This document shows, one piece after another, positions 51,094-60,129 of a stretch of DNA of 64,000 bases; the stretch's first letter is position 1, and the number at the start of each line of letters is the position of its first letter. The notes under the pieces are model-generated. The model had not been told where the DNA came from. It made no database searches and saw only the letters and a program-made list of their open reading frames with translations. Location: positions 1-64,000 of IMG/VR virus record IMGVR_UViG_3300026549_000060; one strand, written 5' to 3'. This DNA comes from a virus. Its lineage: Duplodnaviria; Heunggongvirae; Uroviricota; Caudoviricetes. The translations under genes were made by a program, and so were the position numbers.

Positions 51094-51762
51094 TTAGTAC
51101 TCAATTTCAATAGTGGTAGTTGCGTTAGAAACCTGAAGTGCTGAATCAACATTGAGTTCAAACTGATCAATCTCAATACTAAGAGCGTTAATCTTCTTAT
51201 TAATATCAATAGGATCAATAAGAACTGGCTGATTCTCCATATTGTACTTTTTCTTAAAGGCCATGATAGCATCTGTATTGATATTGGTTTTATCCTTATT
51301 ACCATACAGGGTCTCAATGGTTTTTTCAAGTCTCTGTTCAGCTTTTTTAGTATCCTCTTCAAGCTGACTCTGTGCAAACTGAAGCTGAGTCTGAAGAGTA
51401 TTAAGAAGCATTTTCTTAGTCTTAAGCCCATACTTCATCTGATAAATTGCTTCAGCAACAGTCATTTCCTTACCACCAACATTAATGATGGTTTCAGCAT
51501 TAGACTTACTGATAGCAGCTTTAATAGCATCAACTCTTCTAATCAGATCAGTAACTGCCTGATAATTACTGCTTACCTTAGAACTAAAATCCTGAATTGA
51601 CATTCCATCAATTCTAAAATTATCATTAGTAGGATTATTATTTACAGCCACATACCTATTGCTAAAACTAGTGTACTGCATAATTTTCTTATCTGCAAGT
51701 TTGACCTCACAAAGCGCCTTATGAATAGTCATCTTCTCAGTAGTCATTGCTTCAACCTCCAA
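51094..51762 (-). CDS. hypothetical coiled-coil protein
   Basis: ORF. Confidence 0.45.
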   Translation of the reverse strand: MEVEAMTTEKMTIHKALCEVKLADKKIMQYTSFSNRYVAVNNNPTNDNFRIDGMSIQDFSSKVSSNYQAVTDLIRRVDAIKAAISKSNAETIINVGGKEMTVAEAIYQMKYGLKTKKMLLNTLQTQLQFAQSQLEEDTKKAEQRLEKTIETLYGNKDKTNINTDAIMAFKKKYNMENQPVLIDPIDINKKINALSIEIDQFELNVDSALQVSNATTTIEIEY

Positions 51763-51770
51763 ATAATAGT

Positions 51771-51912
51771 TTTTACTTAACTCTCTTAAAATAAACTACA
51801 ACACCAGCAATAATAACAAGCAAAGCTACAAGAACTGCACTGGAAGTAATAGGATTAGCAGCTACAGTATTCTTAGCAGCGGTAAGCCAAGTAAACGCAT
51901 AATTCAACATGT
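51771..51912 (-). CDS. small hydrophobic (TM) protein, about 43 aa, not in the supplied ORF track
   Basis: RBS aggagg followed by an ATG. MLNYAFTWLTAAKNTVAANPITSSAVLVALLVIIAGVVVYFKRVK. Confidence 0.4.
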
Positions 51913-51971
51913 TTAAATTCCTCCTCATAATAAATACTAAGTCTATAAACTCTTACTAATACTACTTTAGT

Positions 51972-52058
51972 AAGTTTAGGACAGAGGGCAGGAGACTCGA
52001 ACTCCCAATACCTTTTCAGGTATGCCTGTTTTCAAGACAGGTTCCTTAACCAATTTGG
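51972..52058 (-). tRNA. tRNA-Ser (anticodon TGA), class II; CCA not encoded
   Basis: Acceptor agagggt/gccctct, anticodon stem cctgt/acagg with loop cttgaaa, variable arm atacc/ggtat, T-loop ttcgagt. Confidence 0.7.
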
Positions 52059-52164
52059 ATAACCCTCTATATTAGGGGGAGTAGAATGTAACCAAGACCT
52101 CCCCATTTTAGGAGATTACATTTTTAAATATTATACTTCTCCCACCAGTCACATTCTAATAATG

Positions 52165-52192
52165 ATTATACACAAGATTTATTTCTTGTCAA
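52165..52192 (-). promoter_or_regulatory. sigma70-type promoter with an extended -10 (TTGACA-N16-tgtgTATAAT) upstream of tRNA-Ser
   Basis: Minus strand: tacTTGACAagaaataaatcttgtgTATAAT. Confidence 0.55.
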
Positions 52193-52367
52193 GTACTTCT
52201 TTTTCAAAGTCTTTAAAGGTTCTCATCTTAGGATAAACTTGAATTACTGTAGGCCTCTTACTATTGATTTCAATTTTCCTAAACAACTTCTTAAAACCAT
52301 TATCCATAACCATATCCTCCTAAGTAAGATTCATTGCAATTAGTACTTTAGCATAAGCAAATTATTT

Positions 52368-52531
52368 TGTCAATGGGTTAATTTCAAACTTTTCCAAGAT
52401 CTTTTTTGCAATATCAATAGCACATTCTTTATTGGTAGAAGTGTATCCAATATCGTCTTCCCATCTAAAGATCTTATCCTCAATAATTCTAATAAGTTTA
52501 ACCTTATTCTTTAATTCAGGAGACATCATAA
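52368..52531 (-). CDS. hypothetical small protein (about 54 aa)
   Basis: RBS agaggtga. Translation MMSPELKNKVKLIRIIEDKIF... Confidence 0.35.
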
Positions 52532-52642
52532 TCACCTCTAAATATTAAAAAAGGAAGAAGTAGAAAGAGGTAAAGATCTTCTTCCTATATTTATGAAGGA
52601 GGGCTATGAAAGATCGAAAGGACTGTCCTCTTTCTAAATATG

Positions 52643-52670
52643 ATTATACACAAGTAAAATTTTTTGTCAA
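52643..52670 (-). promoter_or_regulatory. sigma70-type promoter, a near-identical duplicate of the 52165 promoter
   Basis: Minus strand: tacTTGACAaaaaattttacttgtgTATAAT. Confidence 0.55.
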
Positions 52671-52872
52671 GTACCTATCACAAGAAATTTTTCAATTTAT
52701 TGATAAGAAGATCATTAGTAGCAAGAACCACTCCAAACACACACCACCAATAAATATCATAGAAGAGATTAGTGATAAATGCATTATTGGTAATAAACGC
52801 TAAAACAAAAAGAACTGCTGGAGTGAAGATAAAGAATTCAGGGATATATGATACAACTTTTTTAAACATAGT

Positions 52873-53214
52873 CTAAGTCTCCTTTGCAATATCTAAATAA
52901 TAAGGTGAAGATCCTAATAGACAAATACTTAAATACATGTACACATCATAATTAATAGGATTCAGATCAAACCCAGATATAGCTAAAAGTAAAAGTGTTA
53001 TCAAATACATCTGAATTTGATCCATATAATCTCTTTTCTTTAGAATAAGTGATCTACCCATTTTAAAGAATAAGATTCCCATAAGAGTTGCACTAGTAAA
53101 AAGTAATGCTTCAAATATAATGCTACTAATCTTGATCACCTTCTTCTTCTTCAAATAAACCATTAGTATTTGGATTGATATATTCAAGATATCTAGAATC
53201 ACCAAATAAAACAT
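52873..53214 (-). CDS. hypothetical multi-TM membrane protein
   Basis: Hydrophobic ORF. Confidence 0.4.
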   Translation of the reverse strand: MFYLVILDILNISIQILMVYLKKKKVIKISSIIFEALLFTSATLMGILFFKMGRSLILKKRDYMDQIQMYLITLLLLAISGFDLNPINYDVYMYLSICLLGSSPYYLDIAKET

Positions 53215-53341
53215 ATGCTATTGCTAAAGCTAAAATTGGAGATAACAGTACTATAAAAAATACTGAAAATAGTCCAAAGATTACCTTATAGATATGCATA
53301 CCAATAAAGTTTTTAACGATTGTCATATGGGAAAACCTCAA
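53126..53341 (-). CDS. hypothetical small TM protein
   Basis: Hydrophobic ORF. Confidence 0.35.
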   Translation of the reverse strand: MRFSHMTIVKNFIGMHIYKVIFGLFSVFFIVLLSPILALAIAYVLFGDSRYLEYINPNTNGLFEEEEGDQD

Positions 53342-54746
53342 CTAACTTACTCCTAAGAGCTAAATATTTTTCATTATCTAATAAGGCATTATTTTTGATA
53401 CCTTTTACTTTAAGCTTATCTAATTCAGTTTGATTATTAAATCTAATAGGCATATTCTCTAATGTGAAACCTAACTTAGCAAATCTAGTATACAGCTCTT
53501 TACATTCATCACATTCACCACAAAGAGTATAATTGCCAAACGTATCTCTATGAAAGTGCTCACATTTAGATTTAAACTTCATAAAGGGTATATTCAAATA
53601 TAACCCTAATAGCAATATCTCTTCAGATTGAAGATTCTTAAATACTGGGGTATAGGTAGAACCTTTATTAAATCTGGTTAAATGAGTATATAAATCAATC
53701 TCATCTAAATCGTTAGTATAGTCAATATAGTTTACTTTAAACTGATGAAAAAGAGGGTTTAATAAGTGCTCTTTTAATAATGGTGCATTTACAATATTAA
53801 AAGTATCTATATTGAATGATTCCGTTAATAATGTAAATTCATCTTCACCTATACAATTATAGTCATTGATATTAATCTTGATCGGATGATAAAGTTCATT
53901 AACTAAATATGGTAAAATAAAAGATTCTATACTGCCATCATAATTACAAGTTAAAACATACTTATTATTAATACTAATTGGATCATCAATATAGATTTGT
54001 TTAAAAGCAAATCTACCATCGATCTTAATAGTATAAACTGTCCTGTTTTCAATATTAGAAGAGCTATTTAATTGATACTCTGTAGATGGTATATTATCGG
54101 AACTAATGAATATAGATTGGTCATCTATATGAACATAACTAGTTCTATTACTGTTAAATAGATAAATGTTATTGGCAGGTGCTTCATATAAAACTATTGA
54201 AAAGTTACCAGTAGTATTCTTCAGTACTTCTTCTAAGCCCATTAAAATATTATTTCTATGAGCTTGAATGTACATATCCAATTGATCTAATAAAGTTTTT
54301 ATATCAACTTCTTTAAATTGATCAGAATTTCTATGAGCCTGAATGTACATATCTAATTGATCTAAAGACTTTATATCAACTTCTTCAAATCGATCAGAGG
54401 CAATTTTTTGTTTAGGAATGCCACTTACTAATAGATATAAAATATTATCTTTATTAACTAAATTGGATTCGTTAGTATTATTAGCTCCAATTAAAACGGT
54501 ATTCCTAAAGAAACTGTTATTCGATGATCTGTTAATAAGATTATACATATCACCTTTAATCTTGATAATATCATTACCTAATTTGTTTAAGCTATTAACA
54601 ACCAGATTAACGTTATTACCAGTATTAACTATTGAACTAAATAAAGTTTTAAAAGTAGATTTATTAGAACTAAGATCTGTATTGAATAAATGTACTAATA
54701 AAAAACTGGATCTTTTAGTATCCATCACTGTAATCCTCCATAACAT
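53313..54746 (-). CDS. hypothetical protein (477 aa) with an in-frame 75-bp tandem duplication and a C-terminal Cys/His zinc-ribbon-like motif
   Basis: EVDIKSLDQLDMYIQAHRN repeated (DNA about 54253-54397). C-terminal CEHFHRD...CGECDECKELY. Confidence 0.45.
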   Translation of the reverse strand: MLWRITVMDTKRSSFLLVHLFNTDLSSNKSTFKTLFSSIVNTGNNVNLVVNSLNKLGNDIIKIKGDMYNLINRSSNNSFFRNTVLIGANNTNESNLVNKDNILYLLVSGIPKQKIASDRFEEVDIKSLDQLDMYIQAHRNSDQFKEVDIKTLLDQLDMYIQAHRNNILMGLEEVLKNTTGNFSIVLYEAPANNIYLFNSNRTSYVHIDDQSIFISSDNIPSTEYQLNSSSNIENRTVYTIKIDGRFAFKQIYIDDPISINNKYVLTCNYDGSIESFILPYLVNELYHPIKININDYNCIGEDEFTLLTESFNIDTFNIVNAPLLKEHLLNPLFHQFKVNYIDYTNDLDEIDLYTHLTRFNKGSTYTPVFKNLQSEEILLLGLYLNIPFMKFKSKCEHFHRDTFGNYTLCGECDECKELYTRFAKLGFTLENMPIRFNNQTELDKLKVKGIKNNALLDNEKYLALRSKLVEVFPYDNR

Positions 54747-54969
54747 CTAAATTACAGTTTTCATGTAATTCATAAATCTTATCTAAAAGATTACTTAACT
54801 TATTTATATCTGGATTATATGGGTCATATACACTGTATAAATCAATTAATGACTGTAAATTTGATTTTATCCTACAGTATAAAGTATCAGGGTCCTTTAT
54901 ATTAAGCTGACTTAAATCTGTATCAAATAAGTTTATATTATTATAAGCAGGAAGGCTTTCAATATTCAT

Positions 54970-55326
54970 TTAATGCGCAACTAATAACCCAGATTTGGTA
55001 GCTGCGGAGGATGTAGCTACTGTTAAACCTGTGGTAGCTTGGATATACTCATTTAAGATACCCTGATCAATATCTTTTTCATCTATAGACCAGCCAATTT
55101 GATTTTTATAAATTTTAACTGGTGCATCTGTACTACTCAATGCGCTGCTTAACATAAACGGGACAATTGCAGCTGCTAACCCTTGAGGTGTAGGCTGTTT
55201 CATAAATGTCTTCAGCTTTTTCATAATATAAAATTCTGAAGTTTCATCTATGACCGTGCCTAAATGCTCATCTGTCCCTTGGGCATAACCGAATAAAAGC
55301 TTGTATTCTTGCATGTGTAAATACAC
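54970..55326 (-). CDS. hypothetical protein
   Basis: ORF. The promoter family member at 55361-55389 lies upstream. Confidence 0.45.
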   Translation of the reverse strand: MYLHMQEYKLLFGYAQGTDEHLGTVIDETSEFYIMKKLKTFMKQPTPQGLAAAIVPFMLSSALSSTDAPVKIYKNQIGWSIDEKDIDQGILNEYIQATTGLTVATSSAATKSGLLVAH

Positions 55327-55588
55327 ACTCCTTATTTTTAAAATCTTAGTTTCTGGTTATATTAAAGCATAACTAAAATATTTTGTCAAGTATAAAATTA
55401 ATTTTTCGAAGAAAATTATAAGAATTAAATTTTTTCAGCTGGGTCAATTCAGTGGGTTTACCCCCAAATCAGATTTTTGACCTTTTGAATAAAATTTTAT
55501 ATTTGATTTTAAAAGTCTTTGCTGAAGCTTGTTCTTTTATCAGAATTTAATTTTGTTTTGCTTAATAAAAATTTAGCTTTCAGTAATC

Positions 55589-55616
55589 ATTTTACATAAC
55601 TCTTTCATTTTGTCAA
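55589..55616 (-). promoter_or_regulatory. sigma70-type promoter (TTGACA-N16-TAAAAT) reading leftward from the origin region
   Basis: Minus strand: cTTGACAaaatgaaagagttatgTAAAAT. Confidence 0.4.
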
Positions 55617-55784
55617 GAGGGTAAAATTTAAGTCCTTGGTAATTATTTATTAGGTTTTAACTTGAAAAAAAAAAAATAATAGTTTAACTTTCAGTAAGAG
55701 AGTAAGGAGTCGTCGTCTTGAAAAGACGACTCCTTACTCTCTATTATTATATATTTTTTTATAGTAGTAGGGAAATGGTAAAAC

Positions 55785-56175
55785 GGTGGATAACTCTCTT
55801 TTGAAAGTTATGTGCTACGATGGTTGCGTTTTTGTTACTAAACATAAACGGTGGATAACTCTGTGGATAACTCTGTGGATAACCTATTTTTAGGTTGCAT
55901 GGGTCATAAAATATAATATTTTATATCATATACTATAAAACATGGCTTAAGCCATTGAGAATACTGAGGTAGCGTAATATTGCCTGAATATTCTGTGAAT
56001 GCAGCGTTATAGTTTACATTGTGGATAACTTTTGACTGAATTGTATGCATCTGTAATTTTTAGATTAAAACTAGTTTAAAGATATTAGTATACATTAAAT
56101 AAGTTTAAATTATAGATAGTTAAATATAAAAACTGTTTGAGGCGGTTGTGGATATGTGGATAAGTATGTGGATAA
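55785..56175 (+). promoter_or_regulatory. Cluster of eight co-oriented DnaA boxes (TGTGGATAA and 1-mismatch variants): a candidate oriC-like replication origin at the strand-switch point
   Basis: Boxes at 55785, 55850, 55862, 55874, 56020, 56147, 56155 and 56167. Flanked by AT-rich DNA and by an 18-bp hairpin at 55699-55744. Gene orientation diverges on either side. Confidence 0.65.
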
Positions 56176-56303
56176 CTTGAGATGAAATTTGCATATATAT
56201 TATATAAGAGTCCTTTGTCTTTTATTAAAGACAGGGTTATTAAAATAACCTACTATTGTAGGATGATTTTATAAATATTCTTTCATACAAGGGAGTAGAT
56301 ATA

Positions 56304-56651
56304 ATGGATATGACAAAACTTAAAAAATTTTTGAAAAAAATGTTCCTTGCTTCCGATAGCATTATTCTTGACGGTGAAGAGTTCAAGGGTCATGAGCTGC
56401 TTCAGATGATGCAGCAGTTGTTTAAAATCGAAGGGTACTACGAGTTTCAGAATGGTAATTTGGGCCTCGTTGTGCTTAACGATTTTGACCGGGGGCATGG
56501 CATGCCTGTTCGAGCTATGCTTCAGTGGGCGGAGGGAGGAGTACTTCTTCCTGAGGAGGGGGAAAAGTACCTGAAAGAGTGGGAAGCGGAGAGGATTCGG
56601 AGGGCTTCGGGTGATGAGCCAATCACCTTGAAGGATTTTTTGAATAAGTAG
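56304..56651 (+). CDS. hypothetical protein (GC-elevated)
   Basis: RBS aagggag. About 45% GC. The overlapping minus-strand ORF 56283..56969 is judged spurious. Confidence 0.5.
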   Translation: MDMTKLKKFLKKMFLASDSIILDGEEFKGHELLQMMQQLFKIEGYYEFQNGNLGLVVLNDFDRGHGMPVRAMLQWAEGGVLLPEEGEKYLKEWEAERIRRASGDEPITLKDFLNK

Positions 56652-56663
56652 GAGGTAATATAC

Positions 56664-56990
56664 ATGATTAAAAGCGTGAAAGTGGTATTTGCAAATGGTA
56701 TTCGTCGTTTTGAGAAGGTTCTCTCTTTTGAGGGAACCAACGAAGTGGCGATTGCTGGATTTCGGTTTACAGTTAGTCACAATTTCGAAAGTGGTAACAC
56801 CGTTTTGAAGGTGTACAATCCGAATGGGTTGTATAAGGCCTTTCTCATTGAGTTCGATGGAAGGGAAAACACCGAACGTGATTTTTCCCTGTTGCTTGAT
56901 GAGCTCAAGCTGAATGGTGTTGAGGTTGCTATCGACACTATTCAGCTTGATAGCGGTAAGCGGTGGCATTGGCTGGATGGCTGGAATTAA
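56664..56990 (+). CDS. hypothetical protein (GC-elevated)
   Basis: RBS aggaggt. Confidence 0.5.
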   Translation: MIKSVKVVFANGIRRFEKVLSFEGTNEVAIAGFRFTVSHNFESGNTVLKVYNPNGLYKAFLIEFDGRENTERDFSLLLDELKLNGVEVAIDTIQLDSGKRWHWLDGWN

Positions 56991-57014
56991 ACAGTCCTAA
57001 AGGGAGGCATTGGT

Positions 57015-57254
57015 ATGAAGAAAATGGCAGTAGTGTATTACAAGAACGGTGAGCTGCGTCGGTTCACCGTTCTCGCGACTTCACCCCTTGAGGCTGCTCA
57101 GCGAGTTTCCTACCTGATGTTTGTGGGGAATCCGGATTGGGATCGTACTTGTAAAGTGCTTGACGGCTCTCAGGTGAAGATTTTTCAGGTATGCGGTCCG
57201 TATCCTGAGAATGTGTTTGAGGGGCTCCCGTGGTACGAGCTTGAGGACGAGTAA
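57015..57254 (+). CDS. hypothetical protein (GC-elevated)
   Basis: RBS agggagg. Confidence 0.5.
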   Translation: MKKMAVVYYKNGELRRFTVLATSPLEAAQRVSYLMFVGNPDWDRTCKVLDGSQVKIFQVCGPYPENVFEGLPWYELEDE

Positions 57255-57319
57255 AATGTAAGGCTTAAATGCCTATACCTTGTAAATTCATCAGGGTGTA
57301 GGTTTCTTTTAGTTCAGTC

Positions 57320-57348
57320 TTGACACTTTTCTTTTTGTCTGGTATACT
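57320..57348 (+). promoter_or_regulatory. Consensus sigma70-type promoter, TTGACA-N17-TATACT
   Basis: cTTGACActtttctttttgtctggTATACT upstream of the 57371 gene. Confidence 0.55.
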
Positions 57349-57370
57349 CCCACTTAAAGGAGGGATAAAA

Positions 57371-59293
57371 ATGTTTGAATGGCATGACATTGAAGAAGGA
57401 AAACTTACATTAAATTTTAGTGGAGTTACATCCAGATTAAACATACAGATAGGAATATATGCTAAGTATAATGATACTACACATTATCTTGAAGATGTGT
57501 ATCCTATGGTATCTATTTCAGATAATAAGAATTATTCGATGTCTTTAAATCCCAGTAATGCCCTTATGTTTTCAAGTATAATGTCAGTATACACAGAAGA
57601 GGGTACTATTAAGGAGTATTTCAATAAAACTGATATAAGTGATGGCTGGTATGTAACTACAAAGTACGTAGATAAGGTTATTTTTAAAAAGGTTTTAACT
57701 GATAAGATTACATTGAAGATTAAACCAGTTACAGATGAAAGAAGGATACCATTATATCAGTTTAACTTTATTAAGGATAAGAATAGTATTAGTATTGATT
57801 TAACTAAAGCAGAGATTAAGTCATTGATTCTATTTTTTTCTAATTTTGCATCAAATGCCTCAGTATATAGTTTTATGTTTAGGTCTAAGAATCAATACAA
57901 AGTTATTGAAGACACTATTGATAAGATTAGTAAGAATAATCTGTTACTTGAATCAATTTTAAGATATTTAGAAAAACCGAGTATTAAATCAGATATAGAG
58001 TATCATCCTGATGATACCATGTGTGTAGTTCCAGAGATTGATTTTAGTAATTTAAAGAAAGAAGTAAATAACAACAATATTGTTAAAAAAGTTAAAAAAG
58101 AAATTAAGAAAACAGATGTGGTTGATATTGATAGTATTGAAGTAGATAATACTAGTGAGATTGATGATAAGATTGTAGAAGTAGTTGAAAGTACTACTGG
58201 GGTTAAAGTAGGTAAGAAGGATAGTTTTGATAGCGTAGACATAAAGAAAATTTTAGCAAAGGAGGATATGGAAGTGGTAGAGCCATTGATGGAAGTTAGT
58301 AAATTTCATAATGCTGTTATAAGAAACTATAAAGAAACGTATATCAATGCAGATACTAAATTTGATCTACTTAATGTATTGGCTAAAACTGGTAAAGTTG
58401 ATAGAAGACTTAAAAATAAATCAATAGTGTATAATATTGCTAAGAAGGGAATTCTGGATCCTAAAGCAATTCCTACTCTGTTGGTTAATAAAGAAGCACT
58501 TTGTACACCAGCAACATCTTTGATTTATTCTGCATCTTTGTTTGCATCGGTATATGAGTATAATGAGAATCATCCTAATGAAGATTTTAATGATATTATT
58601 ACTATTGCTTATAAAGCATTACAGTTGAGTTCAGTAGAAGGACAAGATCTATTTGCTAATAATGTTGAACTAAAAGAGTATGGAAATACTTATATGAATA
58701 TTCTTACTAATATACTTCTGGGTAATAAGAATAAGCTAGGTATTGGAGGAATTAGGACTATTGATAAGTACCTTACTTTGAATCATACTTATGAAAAAGA
58801 TAATTCAGATGAAGTATATTTTAACTTTGCTTATTTCGATTTTTCAATATTGGATGATTTTGATCAGGATACACTTAATAAGAAAGCATCTTGCTTAGTT
58901 TCAGCACTTACTGATATTTATTTTGTACTGTGGTATGGAGAAAACAAGTATATTAAAGATGTAAAGCTGAGTAATACTACTGGGTATATGATGGAAGTTG
59001 TTAATAAGCCTATGTATGAACTAGCAAGAGCAATTCTTATTAATCTTGTAAACAGACTTCATCTGAAAGATATTATGCTTAAGGGTATCTTTGACTTTGA
59101 TAGCATGGTTAAGTATGCTGGTAGTTGGGATTACGAAACCTATAAAGATGCTCTTGTTGAGCTTATTTCATATAAGAGGGCTTCTTGTGATTATTGCCCT
59201 TATAATGAAGTACTTCCTTTGGGTTCTGTAGTTAAGAATGATATTAAGGTAGGTATGCCATGCTTCAATTACTCACAAGTTATCTCAGACTAA
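57371..59293 (+). CDS. hypothetical large protein (about 640 aa), the first gene right of the origin
   Basis: RBS aaaggaggg. No recognisable motifs. A replication-initiation role is possible from position only. Confidence 0.5.
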   Translation: MFEWHDIEEGKLTLNFSGVTSRLNIQIGIYAKYNDTTHYLEDVYPMVSISDNKNYSMSLNPSNALMFSSIMSVYTEEGTIKEYFNKTDISDGWYVTTKYVDKVIFKKVLTDKITLKIKPVTDERRIPLYQFNFIKDKNSISIDLTKAEIKSLILFFSNFASNASVYSFMFRSKNQYKVIEDTIDKISKNNLLLESILRYLEKPSIKSDIEYHPDDTMCVVPEIDFSNLKKEVNNNNIVKKVKKEIKKTDVVDIDSIEVDNTSEIDDKIVEVVESTTGVKVGKKDSFDSVDIKKILAKEDMEVVEPLMEVSKFHNAVIRNYKETYINADTKFDLLNVLAKTGKVDRRLKNKSIVYNIAKKGILDPKAIPTLLVNKEALCTPATSLIYSASLFASVYEYNENHPNEDFNDIITIAYKALQLSSVEGQDLFANNVELKEYGNTYMNILTNILLGNKNKLGIGGIRTIDKYLTLNHTYEKDNSDEVYFNFAYFDFSILDDFDQDTLNKKASCLVSALTDIYFVLWYGENKYIKDVKLSNTTGYMMEVVNKPMYELARAILINLVNRLHLKDIMLKGIFDFDSMVKYAGSWDYETYKDALVELISYKRASCDYCPYNEVLPLGSVVKNDIKVGMPCFNYSQVISD

Positions 59294-60123
59294 ATACTTT
59301 TAATGATGAGTTTACTCCAGATAGCTTAATTAAGTTCTTTGATACTGAGTTGGTGGATATGATTAAGTACCTTTATTCAGATCATAGGCTTAATTATGAT
59401 AGACTATATAAGCAAGAACAGATAAATAACATTTATAAAGTAAAGCAGGATAAAAAAGAAAACTATGAACAGCATATAATTAGCTATTGTAAAAAGAATT
59501 TTAATTTGAGTCATACACTGGTTACTTTAATTAGTAATAATGGAGATGCCTATGGTTATGGAGATATAGTTAGATACTCAAATTACATAGAGGAACATCT
59601 GAAAATTTGGAACAAATTATGGGATGAAAATATCTCTTTAGAGAATTTGAAAGAAGTATCTGAACTAAATCTGATTGTAGATAGTGTAAAGAATTACTAC
59701 TATGGAAGTATCTATGATTTGCTTTATGATCCTATATGGTCAATGATTAATTACTTTAGCGAAGAGTACTATTTGCATGAAGATGATATTAACAAAGCAT
59801 TTCAGTTTAAGTATGATTCTATTTATAACATTACTAAATTGACTAAAGTATTTAAACTAGTTATGATGGATGTCTTAAAATGCATTTATCAGTATAGTAA
59901 TAGTAGTACCTTAAGTCCAAAGATTGAGAAGATACTTAGAAAGAGTCTTAATAGTGAAGAAGAAGTATCTAAATGGATGTTTATAGTCTACGATATTATG
60001 ATTAATGGTAGATTAAAGGGAATACTGAAGAATACTGATAAAGAGATTAAAGTATTGGATACCTATTATAAACTCTATAGAGATAATGGAGTTAGGTTTA
60101 TATATGAGATTGGCGGTGTTTAA
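59260..60123 (+). CDS. hypothetical protein
   Basis: ORF. Confidence 0.45.
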   Translation: MLQLLTSYLRLNTFNDEFTPDSLIKFFDTELVDMIKYLYSDHRLNYDRLYKQEQINNIYKVKQDKKENYEQHIISYCKKNFNLSHTLVTLISNNGDAYGYGDIVRYSNYIEEHLKIWNKLWDENISLENLKEVSELNLIVDSVKNYYYGSIYDLLYDPIWSMINYFSEEYYLHEDDINKAFQFKYDSIYNITKLTKVFKLVMMDVLKCIYQYSNSSTLSPKIEKILRKSLNSEEEVSKWMFIVYDIMINGRLKGILKNTDKEIKVLDTYYKLYRDNGVRFIYEIGGV

Positions 60124-60129
60124 TATAAG

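Noticed and set aside
53313-54746. QueC (7-cyano-7-deazaguanine synthase) assignment based on the C-terminal ...CGECDECKELYTRFAKLGF
   Set aside because: No PP-loop (SGGxDS) could be found in the N-terminal region, and the protein is twice QueC length. The similarity is limited to the zinc-ribbon.
55699-55744. 18-bp hairpin as a rho-independent terminator
   Set aside because: No upstream plus-strand gene. For the minus strand, the A/T-run is separated from the stem. Placement beside the DnaA boxes fits an origin-associated structure better.
56283-56969. 228-aa minus-strand ORF overlapping three plus-strand ORFs
   Set aside because: The plus-strand ORFs each have strong, correctly spaced RBSs and lie in a GC-elevated segment where antisense frames stay open by chance. 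The minus ORF has no RBS.
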